From positions 1,920,001-1,984,000 of the forward strand of contig OZ244991.1 of NCBI GenBank assembly GCA_965223335.1: a stretch of DNA of 64,000 nucleotides, written 5' to 3'. The stretch is from Thermodesulfobacteriota bacterium. GTDB lineage: Bacteria > Desulfobacterota_D > UBA1144 > Nemesobacterales > UBA2774. The notes beneath the pieces are model-generated. The model saw nothing but the letters and a program-made list of their open reading frames with translations. It was not told the DNA's origin and made no database searches. Positions 12,235 to 21,784 of the stretch are shown piece by piece. The translations under genes and the position numbers were made by a program. Position 1 is the stretch's first letter; each line of letters begins with the position of its first letter.

Positions 12235-12348
12235 GATGGCCTCTGAGTATAACCAAGGCTCTTTTTATTTCCAGTCTCAAATGTACTTGAGAGCTGATAC
12301 TTGTTGTGCTGAAATCGCATCGTAGATTTGATACGATAATAAATGGTT

Positions 12349-13083
12349 CTATAAACCCCACCCGCCGCTAAGCTGTATATTGGCGCCGTTTACGTACCGG
12401 GCTTGGTCGGATAGGAGAAATAGCGCAGTTTGCACAGCATCCTCAGTCTCGCCGATGTAACCTGCGGGGATCCGCTTTACCATACTATTTAGTTCTTGTT
12501 CGGGTGCACTGCCTGAATTTATAAACCCCGGGGATATTGCGTTTACGGTGATGCCGTAGGGGGCGAGCTGGCGAGCAAATGCACGGGTCAGCATAAGCAC
12601 CCCGGCTTTAGCTATGTAGTGAGCAGTGATCTCTGTTTGTGCTATGAGCTTATCGGCATTGGCCATACTAAAATTTATTATCCTGCCCGAGCCCCTTTCC
12701 TTCATACCGTCTGCTACGGCCCTCGAGGTATAAAACACAGGGTGCAGGTTGTTGTCGAACATTGAGTTCCAGCCCTCCACTGTTTCTTCCATGAGATTTA
12801 CCCGATGATAGGGGCCCGCGCAGTTAATAAGGGCCTCAACACTGCCTAATTCATTCTCTACGTTTTTTATTAATACGTTTACCGCATTGGGGTCAGATAC
12901 GTCACATTGCTCCGAGTATCCCCTACCGCCGGATTTGTTTATCAGGTCCACGGTGTGTTGGGCATCGTCACGGCTGGTCCGGTAACAAACAGCAACGGAC
13001 CAGCCCCTCTCCCCGAGTCCTTTAGCTATGGCTTGGCCGATCCCCCTGGCACCGCCTGTTATCAAAGCAACTTTTGTATCCAT
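12349..13083 (-). CDS. Short-chain dehydrogenase/reductase (SDR)
   Basis: TGGARGIG Rossmann motif, INCAG, VNAISPG. The active-site motif is atypical (HYIAK). Confidence 0.9.
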   Translation of the reverse strand: MDTKVALITGGARGIGQAIAKGLGERGWSVAVCYRTSRDDAQHTVDLINKSGGRGYSEQCDVSDPNAVNVLIKNVENELGSVEALINCAGPYHRVNLMEETVEGWNSMFDNNLHPVFYTSRAVADGMKERGSGRIINFSMANADKLIAQTEITAHYIAKAGVLMLTRAFARQLAPYGITVNAISPGFINSGSAPEQELNSMVKRIPAGYIGETEDAVQTALFLLSDQARYVNGANIQLSGGWGL

Positions 13084-13218
13084 CTTTTTTAGCTCCTATC
13101 TGTAATGACCATAAAATATTAATCCAAGGGTTTAAAAATTACGAGTCAATTAGTATAATGGTCAAAACCTAGGGAGGGACTAATACAGTTACCAATTAAT
13201 GTAGGAGACCAGCAGAGA

Positions 13219-13875
13219 GTGAAGATAATAAACATTGTGGATATACACGGCAATGTATCGCCGATAAATAAGATAGGTGATCTGGTAAGTAGTGCGGACC
13301 TGGTGCTTGTGGCGGGGGATGTTACTAATTTCGGGAGGCGACAAGAGGCAGAGGATGTGATTGGCGGGATAACAAAATACAATGAAAACGTATTTGCAGT
13401 AACCGGGAACTGTGATTACCAAGAGGTGGACGATTACCTGACCGAAAACGATATGAACCTCCACGGGCTGCATAAAACAATGGGGAATGTATCGTTTTTC
13501 GGCGCAGGCGGATCGCTAGAATGCCCGAGTCCCACACCCAATATATATACCGAACAGGAGTTTCGTAACATACTCGAGGCCGGGATCGCGGAGAGTCCTC
13601 CAGACAATATAAACCTGATGGTCTGTCATCAGCCTCCGATAGACACCACAAACGATACACTTACCGACGGTACACACGTGGGCAGTGAAGCTATCCGGGA
13701 GTTTATTGAACAGCATTCGCCGGACATTTGCTTTACGGGTCATATACATGAGGCCCCGGGGATAGACGAGATCGGGGCTACGAAAATTGTGAACCCCGGG
13801 CCCCTGGGCACAAGACACTATACCTATATCGAAATAGGGGACAGTATAGATGTATTGGAGATTAGGAAATTCTAG
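13219..13875 (+). CDS. Calcineurin-like metallophosphoesterase (Icc-related)
   Basis: DIHG, AGDVT, GNCD, HQPP and GHIHE motifs. Confidence 0.88.
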   Translation: MKIINIVDIHGNVSPINKIGDLVSSADLVLVAGDVTNFGRRQEAEDVIGGITKYNENVFAVTGNCDYQEVDDYLTENDMNLHGLHKTMGNVSFFGAGGSLECPSPTPNIYTEQEFRNILEAGIAESPPDNINLMVCHQPPIDTTNDTLTDGTHVGSEAIREFIEQHSPDICFTGHIHEAPGIDEIGATKIVNPGPLGTRHYTYIEIGDSIDVLEIRKF

Positions 13876-13933
13876 ACATTGCGATAAGAGATGAGATCTT
13901 AGAGTCACAACTTTTCAATTTTCATGAAAAATT

Positions 13934-14224
13934 ATGAACAATTTTAACAGGGTGTTTGGAGGGGTTTGGCCCATTGCCGCTATTATAATTGCACTTTGGA
14001 TGACCCAGAGGGGCTGTATCGATTTAGGCCGGGGAGAGAAGGATATTGCCTGGCTCATCCCGATTCTTATTTACACATTGGTGTATACAGTTGCATATGT
14101 AATCTGTACAAAAATGAAAGTAAGCGTAATTAAGTCGATATTGATATCGTCGGTGTTGGGATTTGTAATATTGGTTTTGGTGACGGTGCTTTTCGCCGAT
14201 CTTATGGGTGTTAAGTTGGAATAA
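13934..14224 (+). CDS. Small membrane protein, hypothetical (about 3 TM)
   Basis: 96-aa ORF with three hydrophobic stretches, filling the gap between flanking genes. Confidence 0.6.
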   Translation: MNNFNRVFGGVWPIAAIIIALWMTQRGCIDLGRGEKDIAWLIPILIYTLVYTVAYVICTKMKVSVIKSILISSVLGFVILVLVTVLFADLMGVKLE

Positions 14225-14268
14225 AAAGGGGTGCACTATAGCACACCCCATACACTCTTTACTAACAA

Positions 14269-14889
14269 TCAACCCTGTTTCTTGATGCCTTCGATTTCAA
14301 GTACAATTTTGACCTCGTCCCCCACTAATAGACCGCCTGTTTCTAAAACATCATTCCACACGAGACCGAAATCTTTGCGATCGATTTTTGTAGAAGCGGT
14401 AAATGCTGTGCGGTCAAATCCCCATGGGTCTTTGGGCACATGCCCCTCATACACTGCATCTAGTTCCACTGACTTTGTAACGCCATGAATGGTGAGATCA
14501 CCGACTATTGTAAAATTATCGTCGCTACCTTTTTTAACTTCTTTGCTTACGAAAGTGATCTCGGGGTATTTCTCTACATCGAGGAAATCTTCGGACCTTA
14601 GGTGTTTGTCCCTCTTTTGTTTATTGGTATTTACGCTGTTTGCAACAATCTTGGTTTCTACTTTTGAGTTCTCGAGATTGTCTCTGTCAAGTGTGTAAGC
14701 ACCTTCGAATAGGTCAAACCTGCCGGTTACAGTGCTGATACCCATATGCTTTACCTTGAACATGACCTGGCTGTGATCGGGGTCGATCATGTATTCGGCG
14801 GCTTGTGCCAAATCTATGGTGGGTGCCGTCATGAGGGTCGTAAGTCCTAGAAATAACAATGAAACAATGCTCTTTTTAATCAAAGACAT
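14269..14889 (-). CDS. YceI family polyisoprenoid-binding periplasmic protein
   Basis: Signal peptide, IDPDHSQVMFKVKHMG, RDKHLRSEDFLD, GDLTIHGVTK and IDRKDFGL. Confidence 0.93.
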   Translation of the reverse strand: MSLIKKSIVSLLFLGLTTLMTAPTIDLAQAAEYMIDPDHSQVMFKVKHMGISTVTGRFDLFEGAYTLDRDNLENSKVETKIVANSVNTNKQKRDKHLRSEDFLDVEKYPEITFVSKEVKKGSDDNFTIVGDLTIHGVTKSVELDAVYEGHVPKDPWGFDRTAFTASTKIDRKDFGLVWNDVLETGGLLVGDEVKIVLEIEGIKKQG

Positions 14890-15038
14890 GTGTTACTACC
14901 TCCAAAGTTGTATTTAATTTAATTCAGATGACTCTGAATGTTCAATAGATTCATAAAATAACCTACGATCTTGGAATTGCTATCAATTTTTCAGTATCTT
15001 ATCTCTCAGTAACCAGAGATTGTTAAAGGGGTATTAAA

Positions 15039-15527
15039 ATGGGAAATATTACTGTACGGCATGCAAAAGCGGGAGATGGTTCATCGATGGCTGAGATACT
15101 GCGAGAGATCGGGTGGTCGGAGAGGCGTAACAGCATGGAGCTTGGGGAAGTAGCGGGGCCTATTGAGGAATTAATCAATGTCACCTGTACAGATAGCGAA
15201 GGGCACAGCATGCTGGTTGCAGTGGATGAGGGGGACAAGGTGCTAGGGTTTACAAACGTACACTGGGTGCCGTTTGTGATGCTCGGGAGTTACGAGGGCT
15301 ATGTGTCGGATCTGTTTGTGAGCCCGTCCTCAAGCGGAAGGGGAGTGGGCCAGGCGCTATTATCGCAGGTAATGGACGAGGGGAAAAAGAGGGGGTGCAT
15401 GAGATTAATGGTCACAAACGGGAAAGAGAAAATGTCGTATAAGCTGGGGTTTTATAAGAAAATGGGGTGGACCGAGAGGCCGCTTGTGGCAAATTTTGTT
15501 TACTATTACAGAGATCCGTGGTCGTAG
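15039..15527 (+). CDS. GNAT family N-acetyltransferase
   Basis: Acetyl-CoA motif A (LFVSPSSSGRGVGQALL) and FYKKMGW. Confidence 0.85.
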   Translation: MGNITVRHAKAGDGSSMAEILREIGWSERRNSMELGEVAGPIEELINVTCTDSEGHSMLVAVDEGDKVLGFTNVHWVPFVMLGSYEGYVSDLFVSPSSSGRGVGQALLSQVMDEGKKRGCMRLMVTNGKEKMSYKLGFYKKMGWTERPLVANFVYYYRDPWS

Positions 15528-15529
15528 AA

Positions 15530-16183
15530 TCAGTACTTTGAAATGTACTCGTACATGAGCCAGAAGTGGCAGAAACTGCCTAACATAACAAATACATGGA
15601 AAATCTCGTGTGAGCCTATAAAGTTGGGCCAGGGATTGGGACGGCCCAATGCATAGATGACGGCACCAATCGTATAGAAAACCCCACCGATAAATAACCA
15701 CAACGACCCCCCGACTTTAAGTGCATCGATTATAGGAAAGAGATAGATTAGCGCTATCCAGCCTGTCAACACATAAAGCGATGCGGAGAGCCACTTTGGT
15801 GCATATAGCCAGTAGATCTTCATTAAAATTCCGAGCACTGCCAATGTCCAGATTAAAGCCAATAGGCTCCAGCCGTAAAACCCCTTGAGCGCTATTAAAC
15901 AGATCGGAGTGTAGGTGGATGCGATAAAAACGAATATCATTTTGTGATCAAGCCGTTTTAGACGAGATATCGCTTCGTCGGATAAATAGAGCGTGTGATA
16001 AATCGTGCTGGCTGCGTACACAAAAATCATACCCGCACCGAATATGCTGAATGTCACTATGTTGAGGGGTTTTACTTCGGGGTATACAGACACATATATA
16101 AGCACAATTAACCCTATAATAGCCAGGACACATGCTATGAAGTGGGTTAATGCGTTTACGGGCTCGCGGGCTAGATTCATCAT
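15530..16183 (-). CDS. Hemolysin III / PAQR (TrhA-like) membrane protein
   Basis: Seven hydrophobic segments with EPVNALTH, ASTIYH, RLDH and HEIFHVFV. Confidence 0.92.
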   Translation of the reverse strand: MMNLAREPVNALTHFIACVLAIIGLIVLIYVSVYPEVKPLNIVTFSIFGAGMIFVYAASTIYHTLYLSDEAISRLKRLDHKMIFVFIASTYTPICLIALKGFYGWSLLALIWTLAVLGILMKIYWLYAPKWLSASLYVLTGWIALIYLFPIIDALKVGGSLWLFIGGVFYTIGAVIYALGRPNPWPNFIGSHEIFHVFVMLGSFCHFWLMYEYISKY

Positions 16184-16400
16184 AATATACTTTAATTATG
16201 TCCTATAACAATCTGTTGCTATTGTATTATATAAAGCATAACTTCAAATCTCTATATATGTATCTAGTTAGTCTTTTTTTGCAACCCTGTGATATATACC
16301 ATACTGGATCTATATGTCTATCAAATGCATAATTTGAGGACACGTTAATAGGATATTTGTATTTATATCATATTTTTTGGTCGGTGCGGTGAAAAATCTA

Positions 16401-16429
16401 TTGATTCTAAATGCAAAGTATTCTAGAAT
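16401..16429 (+). promoter_or_regulatory. Putative sigma70 promoter for the radical SAM gene
   Basis: TTGATT-17nt-TAGAAT, 45 nt upstream of the ATG. Confidence 0.55.
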
Positions 16430-16474
16430 TCACTGTAAGATTAGGATTTAATTTCAATACTTAGCCAAGACCAA

Positions 16475-18358
16475 ATGAAGCTGTTATTGATCAACCCAAG
16501 GTTCCCTGAGAGTTTTTGGAGTTTTAAATGGGCAGTGGATAACATCATGCCCGCAGATATAAGGACTATAAACCCTCCCTTGGGGTTAGCTACGCTTGCG
16601 GCCTTAAGTCCCCAGGATTGGGAAATCGAGATAATAGACGAGAACGTGGAGAGTATTCCGCTTGAGCCCGATGCCGATATAATCGGGATATGCGGGATGG
16701 GTGTGCAGTTTAAACGCCAGGGGGAGTTGCTTAGTTTTTATAAAAAGAGCGGATACTATGTCGTTGCGGGCGGTAGTTACGCATCGCTCTGCCCAGAGTA
16801 TTATACGGAGTCGGCAGACACTGTGGTTGCGGGCGAGGCCGAGTATATATGGGGGGAGTTTTGTCGGGATTTTGAGAACGGAACACCGAAAAGCCTTTAC
16901 AAAGAGTGTGGGGAGGTATCGCTTGAGGATTCACCGGTGCCTAGGTTTGACCTCTTAAAACTCGATAGATACCAGGCTGTAAGCCTTCAGTTCTCAAGGG
17001 GCTGTCCGTACCGCTGCGAGTTCTGCGATATTATTGTGATGTTCGGTAGAAAGCCGCGCGTCAAATCGTTTGAGCAGGTCGGAAGGGAGCTGGACGAGCT
17101 GCGTAAGTATGGCATTACTAACGTATTCTTCGTAGACGACAACTTGATAGGGAATAAACCCGTAGCGAAAAAACTGATGGCGTTTCTGAGGGACTACCAG
17201 GCCGAACACGATTACGAATTCCTATTTGGCACCGAGGCCTCGCTCAATTTAGCGCAGGATGATGAGTTGTTGAATCTGTTTACAGAGGCGAATTTCGGCT
17301 GGGTATTCATAGGTATTGAGTCGCCGGATGAGGAGAGCCTTAAGGAAACTCTTAAATTCCAAAACACTAGATCCGATATACTCAGCTCGATCAGACACGT
17401 TTATTCATACGGCATAGAGGTGTTGGCCGGCTTTATAATCGGGTTTGACAACGATACCACGCGGACCTTTGATCTACAGTACGATTTTATTCAGAACTCG
17501 GGGATTCAGGCCGCAATGATTGGTCTGCTGACTGCGGTGCCAAAGACCCCGCTATATGAGCGGCTTGAGGAAGACGGTCGAATACTCAAGGATGCAAGCT
17601 CTACCGATAACACGAAACTAGGCACCAATTTCATCCCAAAACAGATGAGCTATGACGAGATGGTCACGGGGTATCGCGAGCTCTATTACAGGCTGCTTGA
17701 CGACGGTACAATCGCCGAGAGGGTTAAGAATAAGACCAAGTATTTGAAGGCCCCTATTTATAAAAACACCTATCCGCTTCACCAACAACTGGGTGCGATG
17801 GGGAAGTTTTTTGTGAAGGGCCTGTTGCCGGGCGGTTTTTCTCGCATTTATCACTTCATGCGCACGTTCCCGTATACTAAACCCGGTCAGCTGCCGCTGG
17901 TTGTGCAGGACTGGGCAGTGGGACTTGCGATGAAAGACTATGTAGACCGCCACTTTATTAGCGAGTACGAGAAAACCAACGGGCTTGCAAAGCGTTACTT
18001 TGGGTTGCTCGAGCAGGCATTTCGGCCTTATCAGAAGCACGGGGCTCTGGAATTTTCTCTAAACAAGGTCAAAAACACAGCACTCAATCTCTCGATATCG
18101 ATTAAGGGGTTATTGGACGGGGAATTTTTCTCAAATATTGCACCGCACCTTGAGGATGTGCTCAAAAACACCTCTTCATCCGTTACACTGAACATAGAGG
18201 AGTTCCACGAAACCGAGAGAAAACACCTGAACCAACTTCTCAACAGGCTCTCGTGCTATGGGGACCGCATTTACATAGCGGTAAATGAAAAATGGCGCCA
18301 TCAGTTAAAGATCGATTCCTCGGTTTTTAACCTGGTGCTAGAAGCCCAGCCGAGCTGA
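16475..18358 (+). CDS. B12-binding radical SAM protein (DUF4070-type) with C-terminal extension
   Basis: N-terminal cobalamin-binding domain (SFWSF...PPLGL...GGSYAS...GEAE), CxxxCxxC motif (GCPYRCEFC), FVDDN, GIES, FIIGFD and PKTPLYERL. Confidence 0.88.
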   Translation: MKLLLINPRFPESFWSFKWAVDNIMPADIRTINPPLGLATLAALSPQDWEIEIIDENVESIPLEPDADIIGICGMGVQFKRQGELLSFYKKSGYYVVAGGSYASLCPEYYTESADTVVAGEAEYIWGEFCRDFENGTPKSLYKECGEVSLEDSPVPRFDLLKLDRYQAVSLQFSRGCPYRCEFCDIIVMFGRKPRVKSFEQVGRELDELRKYGITNVFFVDDNLIGNKPVAKKLMAFLRDYQAEHDYEFLFGTEASLNLAQDDELLNLFTEANFGWVFIGIESPDEESLKETLKFQNTRSDILSSIRHVYSYGIEVLAGFIIGFDNDTTRTFDLQYDFIQNSGIQAAMIGLLTAVPKTPLYERLEEDGRILKDASSTDNTKLGTNFIPKQMSYDEMVTGYRELYYRLLDDGTIAERVKNKTKYLKAPIYKNTYPLHQQLGAMGKFFVKGLLPGGFSRIYHFMRTFPYTKPGQLPLVVQDWAVGLAMKDYVDRHFISEYEKTNGLAKRYFGLLEQAFRPYQKHGALEFSLNKVKNTALNLSISIKGLLDGEFFSNIAPHLEDVLKNTSSSVTLNIEEFHETERKHLNQLLNRLSCYGDRIYIAVNEKWRHQLKIDSSVFNLVLEAQPS

Positions 18359-18509
18359 GCGGGGTATATATCAACAGCTTTATAATTCGCTTCATAGAAC
18401 CATGTGTGTAAAACCGATATTTATTAAAAGCACGAGCTAGGACGGAGGTTGACAAGCCCGCAAAAATAGGGCAAAAATTTAGGGTGTTATTTGAGATAGG
18501 AGGCATTAA

Positions 18510-18824
18510 ATGCAAGCAGTAATTAAGACGGGCGGCAAGCAGTATAGTGTGAATACGGGTGACGTGATTCAGGTTGAGAAACTTGCCGGCAGTCCCGGGG
18601 ACGAAGTGGAGTTTAACGAAGTACTGTTGGTGTCCAACGATAAAGGCGATACGACAATAGGCAAGCCTTTTGTTGATAAGGCCCAGGTGAAGGGCAAGAT
18701 TATCGGCAATGAAAAGGGTAAGAAAGTAGTCGTGTTTAAGTTTAAAAGAAGAAAGGGATATAGAAAAAAGCAGGGACATCGTCAGACCTATACTCGGGTT
18801 GAAATTACGGATATTGTGAACTAG
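18510..18824 (+). CDS. rplU: 50S ribosomal protein L21
   Basis: AVIKTGGKQY and KFKRRKGYRKKQGHRQ. SD AGGAGG. Confidence 0.98.
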   Translation: MQAVIKTGGKQYSVNTGDVIQVEKLAGSPGDEVEFNEVLLVSNDKGDTTIGKPFVDKAQVKGKIIGNEKGKKVVVFKFKRRKGYRKKQGHRQTYTRVEITDIVN

Positions 18825-18839
18825 CAGGAGGCAAACTCT

Positions 18840-19103
18840 ATGTCTACAAAAAAAGGCGGCGGAAGTACCAGTAACGGCAGAGATTCTCGTGGCAAGAGAC
18901 TCGGAATAAAAAAATTTGGCGGCCAAGTTGTAAGGGCCGGCAACATACTGGCGCGTCAGAGAGGGACTAAATTCCACCCGGGCCGTAATGTTGGAATGGG
19001 GCGGGATTACACTCTATTTGCACTCGTAGACGGGGCGGTAGAGTTTCAGTCGTTTGCCAAGAATAAGACCAGAGTTAATGTAAATCCTGTTTCCACAGAT
19101 TAG
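18840..19103 (+). CDS. rpmA: 50S ribosomal protein L27
   Basis: [19 protein letters not shown] and [10 protein letters not shown]. Confidence 0.98.
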   Translation: MSTKKGGGSTSNGRDSRGKRLGIKKFGGQVVRAGNILARQRGTKFHPGRNVGMGRDYTLFALVDGAVEFQSFAKNKTRVNVNPVSTD

Positions 19104-19304
19104 TGTCTATATATAGCAGTCGGTAGATTCTCGTTATATCTCAAGCAGCTAAAATTGTCTTTTATCATAGGGTTATTTTAGAATTATTATCCAGTGGGCT
19201 TGTAGTTGAATAATAACGTTGGCTTTGGCGGGGAGCACAAATTCCCATCCGAGCAATAGCGCTGTAAGTTGGTATCCGATTTTTCATTTCTAGAGGGAGT
19301 GTTG

Positions 19305-20531
19305 ATGGATACGTCTGATATTAAGGGATTCTTAGGATCTAGAAACTCGATTATATTCATACTGGCATTTGTTGTCGTATCTCTTGTGGTAGCTCTATTT
19401 AACAATATATATATCAGTTCAAAGACTTGGGAGCTTAGGACCCAGGAGATTGCGGCTAAGATCAACACTAGCAACTCGGGGTTTGCCGACACGGCTAAGC
19501 GGGTAATGGATTCGGATGAAAACATACTGTTTATAAAACTCCTTGATGCAAACGGTGTTCTCCAAGAGAGTCTGGGTGCCGATAACGGGGAACCCGCAAA
19601 AAACGTGGTCGTAAACACTGCGGACTCTAACCAAGTAATACTGGGACTAAAAGACAACGGATCAACCACATTTAATATTCCATCGCTTTTCTGGAGTGTG
19701 CTGATCGGTGCAATTGTATCGTGTCTATTTTTAGTGATATTTTCGGTTTTCACACCGAGCAAACCTCAATTGCTGGACAAGTTGATTTCCGCGATGAAGA
19801 GGGTTGCTAGGGGGGATATGACAGCAAGGGTGGATACTGCAGGGGTTGTGAACGAAGATGTTATTTACCTAAGGACCTTTGAGGCCTTTAACCAGATGAT
19901 GGACAATTTCGGTGCCGAGGCCGAGGAGCAGTGGGACGAGCCTTTGTTCCAGCCCAGCGTGATCGACACACCTGAGTTAGAAGAGCATACTAGCACGCGC
20001 CATGTGACAGTGATGGTCGCTAAGATTGCAGATTTCCATGACCTCTCGACTGAGCTTGAGCCCGGGGAATTCAATGCATTTTTGTCTGAGTTTAGAAAAT
20101 CGGCCTCTTCTATAATCTCTGACTACGGCGGGGTCATAGAAGCGCTGTTAAAAGACGAGATCGTAGCGTTTTTCAACGCCCCTGATGAACTGGATAAACC
20201 GGAATTAAGAGCGGTGTGTTCGGCGGTGGAGGTGCTCCAGCTGCTGGCGTCGATGACCAAGGAGCGCAAGCTTGAGGGCAAGTCGGCCATAAGTGGCAAG
20301 ATAGGGATCGACTGGAGATCTCTCCAGTTTTTCGAGAACTCTTCAATCCCACAGGGGATACGGGACGTGACATCCAATGCGCGCAGTATAAGCGAGATCG
20401 CACCTCTGTGGAGGGTCATAGTGAAAACAGATTTCTACGAGCCGCTTAATGAATACATTGAGGTCAGGGAGCTTGTGTTAGGTGACGACTCTTACTATTC
20501 GGTCGTAGGGGTGGAGGAAGGCATAGTATAG
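19305..20531 (+). CDS. Membrane protein: TM-periplasmic-TM-HAMP plus class III nucleotide cyclase-like domain (degenerate)
   Basis: Two TM segments, HAMP-like 'LISAMKRVARGDMTARV...FEAFNQM', and a cyclase-like fold from RHVTVMVAKIADF. Start moved to ATG 19305, which has a GGGAG SD (the ORF track starts at 19269). Confidence 0.75.
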   Translation: MDTSDIKGFLGSRNSIIFILAFVVVSLVVALFNNIYISSKTWELRTQEIAAKINTSNSGFADTAKRVMDSDENILFIKLLDANGVLQESLGADNGEPAKNVVVNTADSNQVILGLKDNGSTTFNIPSLFWSVLIGAIVSCLFLVIFSVFTPSKPQLLDKLISAMKRVARGDMTARVDTAGVVNEDVIYLRTFEAFNQMMDNFGAEAEEQWDEPLFQPSVIDTPELEEHTSTRHVTVMVAKIADFHDLSTELEPGEFNAFLSEFRKSASSIISDYGGVIEALLKDEIVAFFNAPDELDKPELRAVCSAVEVLQLLASMTKERKLEGKSAISGKIGIDWRSLQFFENSSIPQGIRDVTSNARSISEIAPLWRVIVKTDFYEPLNEYIEVRELVLGDDSYYSVVGVEEGIV

Positions 20532-20665
20532 AATTCCAATTATACTCCGTTGTAACAAAGTGTAGCGGTCTACTAGATATCCGATACTAACCCACAGTAA
20601 TACTTATATTAAATCACGCCGAAACTCACACTCATATTGCTTGTCCCCAGAAAATATTATCGAGT

Positions 20666-20694
20666 TTGTCACTAAAAATAATGTAGTGTAACCT
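20666..20694 (+). promoter_or_regulatory. Putative sigma70 promoter for mnmA-mtaB
   Basis: TTGTCA-17nt-TAACCT, ending 13 nt before the ATG. No SD visible. Confidence 0.45.
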
Positions 20695-20707
20695 TCATTA
20701 ATTAACA

Positions 20708-21784
20708 ATGAGCAAGAGTAGAATAGTAGTAGCGATGAGCGGGGGAGTGGACAGCACCACCGTTGCGGCGCTCCTTAAGGCCGAGGGGCATGACGTAATA
20801 GGCATCACTATGCAGCTTCTGGAGCATAGGGACTCGGAAGGGGGGTGTTGCTCGCTCGATAACATCATAGATGCGAGGAAAGCTTCAAATTATCTGGGTA
20901 TCCCACACTATGTGGTCAATTTTACCGATATGTTCAACGAGCTTGTTATGAGGGATTACGTGGATAAGTACAATTCCGGTAAAACCCCGATACCATGCGT
21001 GCTTTGTAATCAGCACATAAAGTTTGATCTCTTGTTAAAGCGCGCAAAAGAGCTTGGTGCAGACTATTTGGCTACAGGGCACTATGCCCGTGTAGTTAAA
21101 GAGGCAGATAACGGGCCCTACAAGTTAAGCAAAGCCGTGGACGAATCCAAGGACCAGACCTATTTCTTATATACATTGACGCAGAACGAGCTGCCGTACC
21201 TTATGTTTCCATTGGGCGGAATGACGAAAAAAGAGGTAAGGCAGATAGCTAAAGAGCTGAGCATAAAGGTCGCTGAGAAGCCCGACAGCACAGGTGTGTG
21301 TTTTGTGCCCACGGGGAACTATAGGGATTTTCTCTCGGAGCAGGGACTGTTTAACGAAGAACAGGGGGAGATAGTGGATACCGAAGGGAGCGTGCTTGGA
21401 TCACACAGGGGGCTTTACTCCTATACGGTGGGTCAAAGACGCGGCCTCGGGATTGCTCTCGGCAGGCCTGCATATGTGGTAGAGCTTGACCCGTCTCGTA
21501 ACCGTGTGGTGGTAGGCGATCAAGATAAGATATATAGGAGCTCGTTGGTTGCGGACTCAATGACGTGGGTCACTGAGCCTCCCGGAGAGGACACAACGGT
21601 AAGTGCAAAGGTGCGTTACCGCCACCCTGAGGATGAGGCAAGCATAGAGTTTCTATCAGAAGAAGGTATCAAAGTTGATTTTAAAAAGCCTCAAAGAGCC
21701 ATTACCCCGGGTCAGGCAGTGGTGTTTTACAAGGGGGAGTCGGTGCTAGGTGGGGGGTGGATAAAAGAGGTGCTTAGCAATTGA
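20708..21784 (+). CDS. mnmA: tRNA 2-thiouridine(34) synthase
   Basis: PP-loop AMSGGVDS, PCVLCN, ATGHYAR, KDQTYFL, YTVGQRRGLG and AITPGQ. Confidence 0.96.
   Translation: MSKSRIVVAMSGGVDSTTVAALLKAEGHDVIGITMQLLEHRDSEGGCCSLDNIIDARKASNYLGIPHYVVNFTDMFNELVMRDYVDKYNSGKTPIPCVLCNQHIKFDLLLKRAKELGADYLATGHYARVVKEADNGPYKLSKAVDESKDQTYFLYTLTQNELPYLMFPLGGMTKKEVRQIAKELSIKVAEKPDSTGVCFVPTGNYRDFLSEQGLFNEEQGEIVDTEGSVLGSHRGLYSYTVGQRRGLGIALGRPAYVVELDPSRNRVVVGDQDKIYRSSLVADSMTWVTEPPGEDTTVSAKVRYRHPEDEASIEFLSEEGIKVDFKKPQRAITPGQAVVFYKGESVLGGGWIKEVLSN

Noticed and set aside
19104..19304. 200-nt gap after rpmA as a possible ncRNA or obgE remnant
   Set aside because: No recognisable RNA family motif, strong stem or Obg-like coding remnant.
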